Shown: in pieces, positions 12,601 through 24,443 of the stretch | How the letters are laid out: every line of letters begins with the position of its first letter | Numbering within the stretch: the first letter of the stretch is position 1 | NCBI GenBank assembly: GCA_977017645.1 | Contig: OZ360237.1 | Coordinates: forward strand, 8,618,001-8,682,000 | Origin: Torpedo marmorata | Lineage: Eukaryota | Direction of reading: 5' to 3' | Length of the DNA: 64,000 nucleotides | Program-made: the position numbers and the translations under genes | Notes under the pieces: model-generated | What the model was told of the DNA's origin: nothing | The model's database searches: none | Seen by the model: only the letters and a program-made list of their open reading frames with translations

Positions 12601-13097
12601 AGGCCCACTACGGTCGTATCATCAGCGAACTTTATGATGTGTCGAGCTGTGTTTTGCTGCACAGTCATGAGTCAGCGGTGAACAGCAATGGACTAAGCAC
12701 ATAGCCCTGGGGAGCTCCCGTGCTCAATGTAATGACCTTAGAAGTGCTGTTTCCAATCCGGACTGCCTGAGGTCTTCCCGTCAGGAAGTCTAGGATCCAA
12801 TTACAGAGGGTGTAGTTTAGGCCCAGCCCGCTCAACTTCCCTATTAGGTACTGAGGTATGATCATGTTGAATGCCGAGCTGAAGTCAATAAACAGCATTC
12901 GAACATACGCGTCCTTGTTTTCCAGGTGGGTGAAGGCTAGGTGGAGGGTGGTAATGATGCCATCATCTGTGGAGCGGTTTGATCTATATGCGAACTACAG
13001 GGGGTCCAGTGAGGGGGGCAGCAGAAGCTTGATGTGCGCCATGTGTTGGTTCCCCTGGTCTCGCATGTGACGTGTTGGTGGTAGTTTGTCAGACTTC
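9614..13097 (-). mobile_element. Rex1/Babar LINE, 5'-truncated (end of endonuclease + full RT), interrupted by a second Rex1 at 11817-13041
   Basis: 511-aa ORF 9774-11309 (NDYRPVALT, GAPQGCVLSPLLYSLYT, KFADDTT) is in frame with 11337-11795 across one TAG. 13042-13097 gives SLTNYHQHVTCETRGTNT, which joins LDYCY at 11816. (ATTCTG)-like tail at 9614-9630. Confidence 0.95.
11817..13041 (-). mobile_element. Second Rex1/Babar subfamily copy (RT 3' half) nested in the first
   Basis: ORFs 12665-12898 and 11952-12668 (KFADDTTVVGLI, KKAQQHLYFLRRL, SFFPQAIRLLN). 3'UTR with AATAAA and (GACTT)n tail. Confidence 0.93.
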
Positions 13098-13380
13098 AAC
13101 ATCAGAGAATCATCAGGGAGTGCTGCGTGATGTGCTTTACAGCAACTTGTTAAATAAAGATTTTGTCAATAAAGCAGATCTTGTGGTTTTAATTTGCACA
13201 ACATCTTCAAATGGAAGGAAATGAAAATGCTGTTTGAGCATTGTGTATGCATTTTAAGTGAACATTCATGCTCAAAAGGGAAGCAGCACTGATCAACCCA
13301 GTTTTCCAGATTTGATTGTTTTCTTTCCATTTATCAAATATTCTCCGAGAAATAATTAGGTATGTGTTTTGAATATACTT

Positions 13381-13523
13381 TAATTTAAATTTAAAGATAC
13401 AGCACAGTAACAGGCTCTTTCAACCCACGAGCCCGTGCTGCCCAACCTATGTGACCAATCCCGTACGTGTTTGGAACGAGGGAGGAAACCGGAGAACCCA
13501 GAGGAAACCCACGCAGGTCACGG
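13381..13523 (-). mobile_element. V-SINE (HE1-like), 5'-truncated
   Basis: Matches the 3' half of the other V-SINE copies. Confidence 0.8.
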
Positions 13524-15084
13524 GGTTTTATTATAGATGAGCGCATCAAAAAACTGCATGCTGTTTCTATAGGTTTGGTTAACCTGCATTTGAGTTTTCT
13601 GCATTGGAGATGTAATTACAAGGGGGAGCAATGGTGGAACAGTGTCTTAGAATCACAAGTGATGGAAAGAGAAATCTGGCTAATATTCCTACTTGGTCAT
13701 TAGCCATTGACCTGTCCTGGAAAATTATGCAGGTGCTGTTTTGGGGGAAGGATTGACTGTTACTGTCAAGCTTTTTCCACATTGGAACAGCTTCTGTTTT
13801 TCTGTGAAAAACATCCATTATAAAAGAGCAATTATATGAAGCTAGTGAGGCCTATGAAAATGTATCACACCATTGAGATTGGGCAATAGTTAGGGGAAGT
13901 GGCAGATGGGATGCTCTTTTAAAAGTGAGCATTGCTCTTGCATGTACTCGAGAGATACTTCAAATGTAAATCCTAATTTCTTATTTATTGTAATTAAATA
14001 TAGTGGAGAATAGCAATTAATTGGAATATTTACTTTTATTAATCTGGGAAAATGAAAACCTTGTCACAGCTGTCATATTTACAGATATGGCGTAAAATAT
14101 TTAAGACAGGATATCTTTCTGAGGTAAATGCTGAATAAATCTCGGCAAGAGATTTTATACTTTTCTCATTCCCACAAGATATCTGACATTATTTGAAGTA
14201 AAAAAAGGGAAAGTGTATAAAAGTCAGATTCTTAATTAATTTTGCTCAACCAGATGAAGATAAATGAAGCATGTTGTGGTTCATGACAACGAGAGGACCA
14301 TTTAATAATTTCTGCCTCTATCCTTCGTTTCCTCATTCCCTCACTGGGCCCCTGTCCTTCTGCTCCTATTTTAGCATCATAAACAGTAATTCATGGTTCT
14401 GGGGCATGGTTCTCAAGCAGAGATTGGTGATATCTGTGCATTGCCTTCTATTTCTGCTCTCTTAAATAAAAGCAGAATAGAAATTTAAATTCCCGTGGCT
14501 AAAAGGAAGGTAATAGAGCTTGTGTATTTAGTTATATGAGATCCAACAACACATCACAAAGCCTCAAAAATCTGGGTCTCAGATGTTGCCTGTTCCTGTG
14601 GCTCAGGTTCTCTATAGTAAAACGAGTGTCATCAATGGTGGGAATATGCAGCATATCTTATTGAAAATATCACGATGCAAAAATATCTTGCTGCCCACCC
14701 CCCTTCTTTCTCTGTCTCCCTATCCCTGGTTTTACTTTTATTCTTTATTAGCTGCTTCTGAACAATTATAAAGCAGCAAACAAAGGCTTGTTTTAGCAGA
14801 TCCCAGGCACTGCTATTTAAATTACCTTTTCTGACAAAAAAGTGACTGTCAAGAGATTCTGTAATAGCCCCTATGGACAGTTTTGGATGGTGCATGTATG
14901 GCAGTACAGACTTATCATTATGGTACCCATTCTCCAGTCGTTTATTTTTTCAACTCTTAAACAATAGGTTGTTGATTGTGTGGATAAGGCCAGAACAATT
15001 ATGTTCTGTGTTTAATGGTCGACCAGCATTTTAATGCCCGCTTTTAATAATGGTCTCATTATTGTTTTTTTTCTCTTTCCTCAG

Positions 15085-15117
15085 ACTGGGCCTCGGGAGG
15101 AGGAATATTTTGTGGAG
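15085..15117 (+). CDS. Candidate 33-nt cassette micro-exon of an unidentified host gene
   Basis: Acceptor TTGTTTTTTTTCTCTTTCCTCAG| and donor GAG|GTACGT. Length is a multiple of 3 and all phases are open (TGPREEEYFVE / xWASGGGIFCG / LGLGRRNILW). Non-repeat context. Confidence 0.6.
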
Positions 15118-16234
15118 GTACGTCATTATTTTGCAAATTTAGATTAGCCCATCATGTGTGTGTTGCACAAAAAAAATCGCAGCTAATTAAAGCATCCAGA
15201 TAGGCCACTAGTATTCAAGCACATAATTTAAAAGGTAGCGTACATGATTGGCTGGTTAAAAGGTGGTAAAAAGAGGGGATTAGGCCAGTTGCTGTGGTAA
15301 CTCCCACTTTCCATCTACACAGAACAATGCACTGTGTTTCTCTCCCACCTTGGTGCAGAAATTGGTTTTGTTTTGAGAGGAAAGTGCTTTATGACAAACT
15401 GGAATTCAGCCTAGCTGGATGGAGTTTTAAAGCTGTTAGAGGAGACCTCTGGGGATAACAGAGATGAAAGGTCACAGCAGACTCCATGGACACCAAAGGT
15501 CACTGCCTTTTACAACAATACTTTGTCCTCTGTGATTATCAGCTAAGTGAAAGGTGCTAGCTCATAAGGAAACAAATATCACAGCTTTACCAGGTGGATT
15601 CATCCAAAACGGCTTTCAAATGTTCCAAAAGGTTAAAGGAGCCTATTTTTAACATGGTTTTGTGGCCATTTTTTTAACCCCTTCCGAGTCCAGTTTATCT
15701 CATTCAATCTTATCAACACCTTCCAGCTAAAAAACTCAAATTATCTATAACCTTATGCAGGTGATTTTAGCAGAGCACTGTTCAGTGATAAAGGCAAGAT
15801 AGGAGTAGGGCTGTCAAAACTTCCTGGGTGTGCAGAAATCCGGAATTATTGCTCTATCTCCTCGGATACTGTTGGGGAAGAAAGCACCTGGTGTGTGGGG
15901 GTTGCATCTTTTTGTCTCTAAGACTTGCACTCTCAGCTCTCAGCCAGCCCCATCCTGGACATCCTCTCGAGTGCTTGACATTTTTAGCCATTCCCTTGCT
16001 GCAATTTCCTTCTGCTTGCTTACCTTGCACTGGAGAAAATGGGGCCTCCGGTGAAACTCTATTGATGAGATGGCAATGGCACTCTGCAGGAAGATAAATG
16101 AGTTGAAAGGAAAGGTGATGAATCGAACCCAAAAGAGACCAGAGCAGGATGCCCTGGAGAATCATCAACATTCACTGCACATGACTTAAGCGATAATTTC
16201 TTGCCCACTTTTAAGGAGTCAGCTGTGACAATTG

Positions 16235-16421
16235 AGTTAAACAAGAAAGTCCTGCAGATGCTGGGGTTGAGTCCAATACACAAAAATGCTAGAGAAACTT
16301 GGCAGGTCATGCAGGTCAAGTAGGGCCTGACGCAGGGCCCAGGCCCGAAACGTTGGTTACCCTTTATTTCCTATGGATGCTGCGTGACCTGCTGAGTTTC
16401 TCCAGCATGTTTGTGTATTGT
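16235..16421. mobile_element. Minimal Penelope insertion: inverted terminal piece + forward terminal repeat
   Basis: TSD AGCTGTGACAATTG at 16221-16234 and 16422-16435. 16274-16314 is an imperfect reverse complement of 16379-16420. Homologous to 23525-23668. Confidence 0.85.
16327..16354 (+). ncRNA. Minimal hammerhead-like motif
   Basis: CTGACGC-A-GGGC-CCAG-GCCC-GAAA-CGTT; variant core. Confidence 0.5.
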
Positions 16422-16519
16422 AGCTGTGACAATTGGAAGCATTCTTCTATGTCAGAAGGTTTCAGGATTAATGGTCAATACAAACACTTAAACTAAAAAA
16501 AATACTACTCCTATATCCA

Positions 16520-16838
16520 ATGCACGTCTGAGGGAGCTCTGTATTAACAGAGGTGCCATCCTTAAGATGGATGTTAAACCAAGACTGCTATTGGCACTAA
16601 TTTGAAGATCAGAGGAACTATAACCCAAGTATTCTGGCTAATATTTATTCCTCAGTAAACATTATTAAAACAAATAATCTGGTCCTTTTTGCACTGTTGT
16701 TCTATAAGCTTGCTGTAGATAATTTGGCTGCCACACATTACAAAAGTGACTACCTTCCAAAAGGATTAATTTGCTGTTGACCAGGGTGAAATGTCCTGAG
16801 ATTACAGTGGGTGCAGAGCACAAGTCATTTTTCCTTTT
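16520..16838 (+). mobile_element. Old Deu-domain SINE (SacSINE1/AmnSINE1-like)
   Basis: GAGGGAGC..AGAGGTGCCATC..ATGTTAAACC..GGCACTA.TTTGAAGA..CTGGCTAATATTTATTCCTCA..TCTGGTC..TTGGCTGCC..CATTACAAAAGTGACTAC resembles the Deu domain as recalled. Confidence 0.7.
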
Positions 16839-17223
16839 GCATTTTCACCCCAATTGTCTCACTTGGGGGATATACTTTTGACATTCAAAGTCGTAGGTAG
16901 TTTGTCAAAGGATCAAATGAATGTAAAATGGATTCTGTTTCTTCATCAGGGTAATACTGAAATACGCACTAATGTACGTGTTAACCTCAGTAATGCAACC
17001 AGGGATCTGATAGAGAAAGTGAAATGAATTTTACTTTTCAGTAATGTTATTATTGCACACCTGACAAAGTTAATGAAATTCCAAAATCTCCAGTGGTTAT
17101 TGTGGGATTATATATACAATATGCAACATGTGTAGTCTGGGTGGTTAACCAACAGGAGTCTTCATTCCTGGCTATATGAGAAACACAAAACCTGCAGATG
17201 CTGGAATTTAATTTTTTAAACAT

Positions 17224-17482
17224 TTATTTTTAAATTTAGACGTACAGCATAGTAAACAGGCCCTTTCGGCCCATGAGCCCGTGCCGCCCAATTACACTCA
17301 ATTAACCTACAACCCTCGGTACGTTTTGAACGGTGGGAGGAAACTGGAGCCCCTAGGGAAAACCCACGCAGACACGGGGAGAACATGCAAACTCCTTACG
17401 GACAGCACGGGATTCGAACGGCAGTCCCGATCGCTGGTGCTGTAACAGCGTTGCGCTAACCACTACGCTAACCATGCCTCCC
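17224..17482 (-). mobile_element. V-SINE (HE1-like), full length
   Basis: tRNA-like head, V-domain and AT-rich tail; similar to 30363-30640. Confidence 0.92.
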
Positions 17483-17593
17483 TAATCTTGAGCAAACAAC
17501 AAGAAGCTGGCATCATCGATGACCCTTTATCAAGACTAAAGTAGAAAGGGACAACATCAAGAGTATTAAGCAGGAAAAATAGGGGGGGTAGGA

Positions 17594-18270
17594 GAATAGA
17601 CAATAGACAATAGACAATAGACAATAGGAGCTGGAGTAGGCCCTTCGGCCCGTCGAGCCAGCACCGCCATTTTACAGATCATGGCTGATCACTACTATCA
17701 GTACCCCTTACCAGCCTTATCCCCATAACCCTTAAATCCTCTGCCCATTAGAGTCTTATCTAACTCTCTTTTGAACATAATCAGCGAATCTGCCTCTACC
17801 ACCCTCTGTGGCAGAGCATTCCACAGATTCACACTTCTCTGGCTAAAGAAATTTTTTCTCATCTCCGTCCTAAAGGGCCTTCCCTGAATTCTTAAACTAT
17901 GCCCTCTAGTCCTCGTCTCTCCCATCATTGGGAACAAGTAATCTGACTTCACCCTGTCTATCCCCTTGATAATTTTGTAAACCTCAATCATATCCCCCCT
18001 CATCCTCCTAAACTCCATCGAATATAAGTCCAGTTTTTCTAACCTTTCAGCATATGTCAACCCTGCCATTCCTGGAACTAACCTTGTAAATCTGCGCTGC
18101 ACACCCTCTATAGCTGGTATGTCCTTCCTCAAATTTGGAGACCAGAACTGGACGCAATACTCCAGGTGGGGTCTCACCAGGGCCCTGTACAACTGCAGAA
18201 GGGTGTCTCTGCTCCTATAGTCCAATCCCCTCTTTATGAAAGCCAACATGCCATTTGCCTTCTTCACAGC
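17594..18270 (-). mobile_element. CR1 LINE 3' fragment (second subfamily) with (TCTATTG)n tail
   Basis: Intact 189-aa ORF 17698-18267 (LYRALVRPHLEYCVQFWSP, RRMRGD, TRGH). Heptamer repeat AATAGAC x4 at 17595-17626. Confidence 0.93.
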
Positions 18271-18440
18271 TTAGGAAGAAGTTGAGGAGGGGCTAAAATG
18301 TGATTGGGTATTGGACAGAAGGATGGAGAGATGCAGAAATGGGTAGAGGGAGCTACCACTGAGTGGGGAATAGGTAAGAAGAAATAGAAACAATGGAACC
18401 ATTTAGAGATGGGGGTTACCTAAAACTGAAAAAAAAATGA

Positions 18441-18689
18441 TGGCACGGTTTGCGTAACGGTCAGCACACTGCTTTTACAGCACAGTGACCCAGGTTCGAA
18501 TCTGGCGCTGTCTGTAAGGAGTTTGTACGTTCTACCTGTGTCTGTGTGGGTTTCCCCCACGTGCTCCGGTTTCCTCCTACCCTTCAGATCGTATGGGGTT
18601 TGTAGGTTGATTGATGTATTTGGGTGGCATGGGCTTGTGGGCTGGAAGGGCCTGTTACTGTGCTGTACGTCTAATTTTAAATTTAAATT
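18441..18689 (+). mobile_element. V-SINE (HE1-like)
   Basis: GGTTCGAATC B box, V-domain and tail. Confidence 0.88.
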
Positions 18690-19684
18690 CGTGCCATTTG
18701 GGTTTAACGCTGTTCAGGAGGAGTATGATGTGTTGTTCCTCAAGTTTGTATTTGGCCTAACCCTGGCAATGGATGTGGCTGAGGACAGACATGTCTGTGT
18801 GGGAATGATTAAGGGAATTAAAAAGATTAGCAATTGGAAGTTCAAGTTGGGAGGTGCACAGTGAAGCGGACACCCAATCTGTGTTTTGTCTCAGCGATGC
18901 AGCGGATGCCACACCGAGTGGAGCAGATGTAGTAGGTTAGGTTGGATCATGTGCACATAAAGCACTACATCGCCTGGAAGGTCTGTTTGTGGCCCTGGAT
19001 GAAAGTGAGGGAAGAGATGTAGAGACAAGTTTTGCACTTTCTGCCATTACAACTGGAGGTGCCTCAGGAGGTGGAAGGGTGGATGGGATGGATGAGTGGA
19101 CTAGGGAGTCTCGCAAAGACTGATCACTGAAAACTGAATGGGGTTTGGAAAGGCTAGATGGAGCTGGTGGTGGGTCACGCAGAAGTTGGTGTGTCGGATG
19201 TGGATGTTGACTCTGTGCTTGTTCTGCCCAGGGTAGGTGGGGTGAGAATTGTCATATGAGCAATGGAGAAAATGCGGGTTAGGATTTTATCCAGGATATT
19301 TGGGGGAAATCCACGTTTATTAAAGAAGGAGGACATTTCACTTCAACAGCACAGTATAGGCCCTTCAGCCCACGATGTTGTGCCGACCTACCAAAAAAAA
19401 ACAAAAAAAAACTTTGATGTCATTTAATGTCTTGAGATCTATGTATCCATAGGGTAACTGGAATGCTGAAAAGAATTGAGGTTATTTTGTCAGTTGATAG
19501 TTAGAAAGGGTGAAATTTAAAAATAACAATTAGACCATGGTTTTACTGAAACTACTCATTCAAATTGTTGCCATAATTGGGAGGTTAAATGGGAAATAGT
19601 AAAAGGAATTATTGTTTCTACATACTGGACTTCATGTTCTTTTTCTAGCACTTAACAGTAAATGAGATGCTTCTGAAATATTGT

Positions 19685-20050
19685 CACTGTCGTAATATTT
19701 TACAAAGGGCATTCACCGATTTGCATGCAGCAAGCATACACAAGTGACGATATAACAATGACCAGATTATCTGTTTTGAAAATATAATTTGAAGGATTAA
19801 TATTGACCAGGTCACCAGGGATAACCCCTTTGAAACAATGCCACACAATCTTTCATCTGCACCCAAATAAATAGATGATAACTTGGGTTAACATCCCATT
19901 TAAAAGTACATCCAACAAAATAACACTTCCTCATTACTGCAGTGTGATGCCGTCTGATATTTTTATACTCGCACATGTAGAGTGGGATTTGAGTCTATGG
20001 CCCCCTGACCTTGTGTTAGGAACTGCTACCAGATGATACACAGTTGACTC
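19685..20050 (-). mobile_element. Old Deu-domain SINE
   Basis: Reverse complement resembles 16520-16838 (AATGACCAGATTATCTGTTTT..AATATTGACCAGG..TTAACATC). Confidence 0.65.
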
Positions 20051-20444
20051 CTGAAATCTAAGCTGCGACTTTGATATTTACTGTTCTGCTACGTATTAAT
20101 AAGAATAGGTGCAAGGAGCTAAATATGTATGATTTTGCTGTGGTTTGATTAGAGCAAAGTGTTCTCATATCTATCCATTTGTTATGTGGCTGCAGGTCTG
20201 CCAAGTATAACTAACAATATGTAAGCAATGTGTTTTGTTGTGTTTTTAAGTATTTAATTTTACATACGCCACAAGTGACATTCACGTGTTTTAAAATCTG
20301 GTTTGATCCTAAACAAATAATGACAAGAATGAACACAATAATGTTTGAAATAGTGAATTACGAAATAACAAAAAAAGCAATCTGTAGTGGAAAAGAAGAA
20401 AGGTGTTGAATACAATAACATTTTGAAATTAATAAATTATCACA

Positions 20445-20498
20445 CAAGATTATAAAATGTGATGATATATCAAGATTATAAAATGTGGTGATATATCA
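20445..20498. repeat. 26-bp tandem duplication
   Basis: CAAGATTATAAAATGTG(A/G)TGATATAT x2. Confidence 0.85.
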
Positions 20499-22289
20499 TT
20501 TTTACGAGACCAGAATCATTGAAATGCCTTTTAAAGCATTGTATAGGAATTTTGCTTTGTTCATTTTAAACAGACAGATTGAGAGTGAAAACTTAAATTT
20601 TTGAAAGGGGTTCTGAGATACTGAAATGGTTCATGCTTTTATGAGAGCTGGCTCCTTTGCCTGCTGCTCACATATAACTGTTGCTCAATTCTTTATTCTC
20701 CTCGCCAGCTGCAAGCTGCCCTGGAATAAACTGGTGTGTGGCGAAAATACAATGGTTCTCTGTAAAAATCCAAATGACTTCTGCATTGGCAATATAATAA
20801 ACAGCTGCTGCATGTGACAGTATCCTACACTAATGTCCTTCACTAGGAAAGAGGACTGAAGACTTTAAATAACTTTATTAACTTTTGTTTCCTGAGAAGT
20901 GATGGCATTTCTATGATCTAAGTATTAACATGCAGCACAACATTATATAATGAAAGTCTATCTGGCTAAAGAGCCAGCCGTTGTTTAGAAAATCATGACA
21001 TGTATGGATTTTCTCTTCTCCAAAGGCCTCCCCTTCCCCCTGAAATGAGGAATGGGCCTTTGGACACCAACAGTTATATTTCACTCAGGTTAGTGAAATT
21101 GCTTTTCATGATTTGTGCCCAGGATTTAGAGACTCCTCAACCTCAACACATAATACAAAAGAGTATAAAATAGATAGTTGATATTTACAAAATACTTAGA
21201 AGTAGCTTACTGCAATTAGATTCTGAATATTGCATTATTTTGCTGTTAATATTCTTGGCTCTTAAATAACACTCAAATGATTTACTTACGGTAGGTAGGT
21301 ATTTAAAGAGCAGAGTAAGATGACTATACCTCTACATTTTGTACCATTACATTTTAAATCCAGACAACTTCCTAGGTCCAACAGATGTGAAATCAAGGAA
21401 TTATACAGCAAAGGGCATTGGATGATCTCTGAGATCCTGAACACCAACAACTGCAACTGGTATCAGAACATCAGGCGTTGGTTCTTTTTCTCGTCTTCGA
21501 TCTGAGGTTGATTGCATGTTGCAAAAATAACTGTGACTTTAGAGATGCTGGGCAATTATTAGACATTAGTATTTGAAAATGGCCATTTCAATATTCAATT
21601 CTATGCCTTTTTTGTTGTCACACATCGCATTGATGTCATGATTTAAAAACATATATATATCATAGATGAATCCTGAAGAGCAATAGCAATGTTAACTTTG
21701 ATCCCCTTTAATGGTAACTCCATAACACTTGCTTATCAAAATGATTGGTGATGTGAAATAATTTTAGCTGATTATGGGAAAAACAACTAAGTCTGATTTA
21801 TCAGAGGAAATGTATTATCTGCTTTAAAATATTCCAGAATACTTGACTGGATTTGAGCAAACTAGAATGTTATCAGTGTGTTAACATGAGAGACAGAGAC
21901 TAAAATGTTGTTACATTGAGTTTAATTGAATTACTGTCAGAAGCAGAGTTCAGTACCCTGATTTGTAACTATGCAATGCTTTTGGCTCTACCCACCACAG
22001 ATGAATTTCCTGATCTTTAATTTTGAGTTTCCCCTTTTCTTATCGTCACCATATCCCATCATATCCTCCAACACCACAATCCTCCACCAGCCATCAACTC
22101 TGCCTCAAAGAAAGCAATTCCTTTGTATTACCTGAACAAATTCCTTTGTTATTTAAATGCATCTGTTGGATCACACCTCTGCTCTCAACATGGAATACAG
22201 GCTAGAGCAGTGAACTGAATGTAATCTTATTTGTTCTGGACCCATTCTGATCTATCCTTATGTCAGGATTATGACAGGAGGTAAGGCTC

Positions 22290-23668
22290 TTTGACTCTTC
22301 CTCTGCCACATTGACGACTACATCGGTGCTGCCTCATGCACCCAGGATGAGCTTGTCAACTTTATCCACTTTGCTGCTAACTTTCACCCTGACCTCATAT
22401 TCACTTGGTCCATCTCTAGCAACACACTTCCCTTTCTCCATCTCTCTCTGTCTCTATCTCAGGAAACAAACTCTCTACAGGCATTTTCTACAAACCCACC
22501 AACTCCCACAGTTACCTTGACTACACCTCTTCACATCTGTCCCCTGTAAGGATTCCATTCCTATTTCACAATTCCTCCATCTCCATCTGCTCCCATGATT
22601 ATCCAAGATGTTCACCTTCAAGAAAACGTGGCTTCTCCTCCACCACCATCAACTCAGCCCTTACCTGCATCTCCTCTAGATGCAACAAGGACAGGATTCC
22701 CCTTGTCCTCATCTACCATCCCACCAGCCTCCGCATCCAACATATGATCCTCCAGAATTTCTGCCACTTATAACATGATCCCAGCACCAGACACATCTTC
22801 CCCTGTCCTCCCCTCTCCACCTTCCCCAGAGACTGCTCCCTCAGTGACTCCCTTGTCCACTCATCCCTTCCCCCTAATCGCCCCCTTGGTACATACCCCT
22901 GTGACTGCAGGAAGTGCTATACTTGTGCCCACACCACCTTCCTCATCACGATTCGGGGCCCCAAACAATCCTTCCAAGTGAAGCAACACCACTCGTGATT
23001 TTTGCAGGAGTCATCTATTGCATCCGGTACTCCTATTGTGGGCTCCTCTACATTGAAGAGACTGGATGTATACTGGGAGATTGTTTAATTGAGCACCTTC
23101 ATTCTGTCCGCTGCAATAGCGGGGACCTCCCAGTGGCCAACCATTTCAATTCCGCGCCCCACTCTCATGCCGAAAGCTCTGTCCATGGCCTTGTGCACTG
23201 CCAAACTGAGGCCACCCGTAAATTGGAGGAACAACACCTAATATTCCATCTGGACACTTACCAACCAGATGGCATTAACACCGACTTCTCTGGTTTCCAT
23301 TAGGCTCTTGCCTGTCTTTCTCTCTTTTCCTATCGTTCCGTCTCCTTTCCTCTAGGTTCCCACTCCCTTCCCTCTCCATTCAGAGAGCTATCCCCTTCCC
23401 CTTTCACTTCCCAGCTTTTTTTCTCTTCTGCCCTCCCACCCATATCAACCTATGATATCTTGCCCATGGGCCTATGCCCCTTCCCCTGCCCCTCCTCTCA
23501 CTGTTTCCCACCTGCTTTTTGCTCATACCTTGACGCAGGGCTCAGGCCCGAAACGTTGGTTACATATCTTTACTACATAAGGAACGCAGCGTGATTTGCT
23601 GAGTTTCTCCAGCACTTTTGTGTATTGAACTACAATCACAGCATCTGCAGACTTTCTTGTTTGACTTC
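22290..23668 (+). mobile_element. Penelope-like element, degenerate 3' part (RT end, GIY-YIG endonuclease, terminal repeat)
   Basis: ORF 22914-23303 contains VIYCIR..CGLLYIEETG..HFN..RKLEEQHLIFHL..QPDGIN. Upstream fragments resemble YIDDYIG and FYKPTNSHSYLDY. Pyrimidine-rich 3'UTR. Hammerhead-like motif at 23530-23557. Confidence 0.9.
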
Positions 23669-24443
23669 AGATCTCCACCCAAGGTTCCATCTCCATTTTT
23701 GATTGATGTACCCTAGATGGGAGATGGGATCTAATCAAGGCACTATATATCTGAAACATTACTTCCTCACTTTTGAGTTGCAAATTCCTTTAGGTAAAGG
23801 GCAAATGCTTTAGTATCTTCTTAAATTACATTTTTATACTCATGCACTCACTTTTAGTCATTTGTACGCATGGACGTCCAAATTCCAGTGCTCCTCTGCT
23901 TAAACTCTCTGACCAATACTTTGATTTGTTATTCTAAAAATCTAAAATTGATGACTTTTGGGTTCAATCCTAATTACATACTTTTGCCCACTTGTTTAAT
24001 TAGAGAAAAAAAGTCAATTATTTGCAATGTCCTGGATGAAATTGACCATCCCTATCTGAGAATAATGAAACAAATGGGAGGTGCATGATGAAGAACAATG
24101 CAGGGTTTGATGTACTTCTAGTTTAGGGAAAACAGATATGTAGTGCCCATATGTGGAAGCAGTGTAATATGCACAATATTATCCAGAGGGAATAGTGAAA
24201 GTGCTGTGAATATTGAGAAGATAAATATGGACGGAGAATAATAAAGCATGTGCAGGATGTGTAATGAGATGATAAAGTAAATGATAATGGGAACAGTAGG
24301 ATGCAGAAAGCCAAGGAGAATAACAGGACTTACCACATGATTCTTGGTGGGGAACAGTTGAAAATTAGAGGCAATCCTTGGAATAAGGAGATTAGTAGTG
24401 AGTTGCTCAATAAGGAACAACATGATACATTGGTAACCTGGAG

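Larger units (their letters stand above)
17178..19338 (-). mobile_element. Degenerate Penelope-like element hosting two V-SINEs and a CR1 3' fragment
   Basis: Terminal-repeat end (CCTGCAGATGCTGGAAT) at ~17190. Reverse complement near 18725-18750 encodes KLEEQHI as in the other PLE copies. Similarity to 22600-23300 continues to ~19338. Confidence 0.65.
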
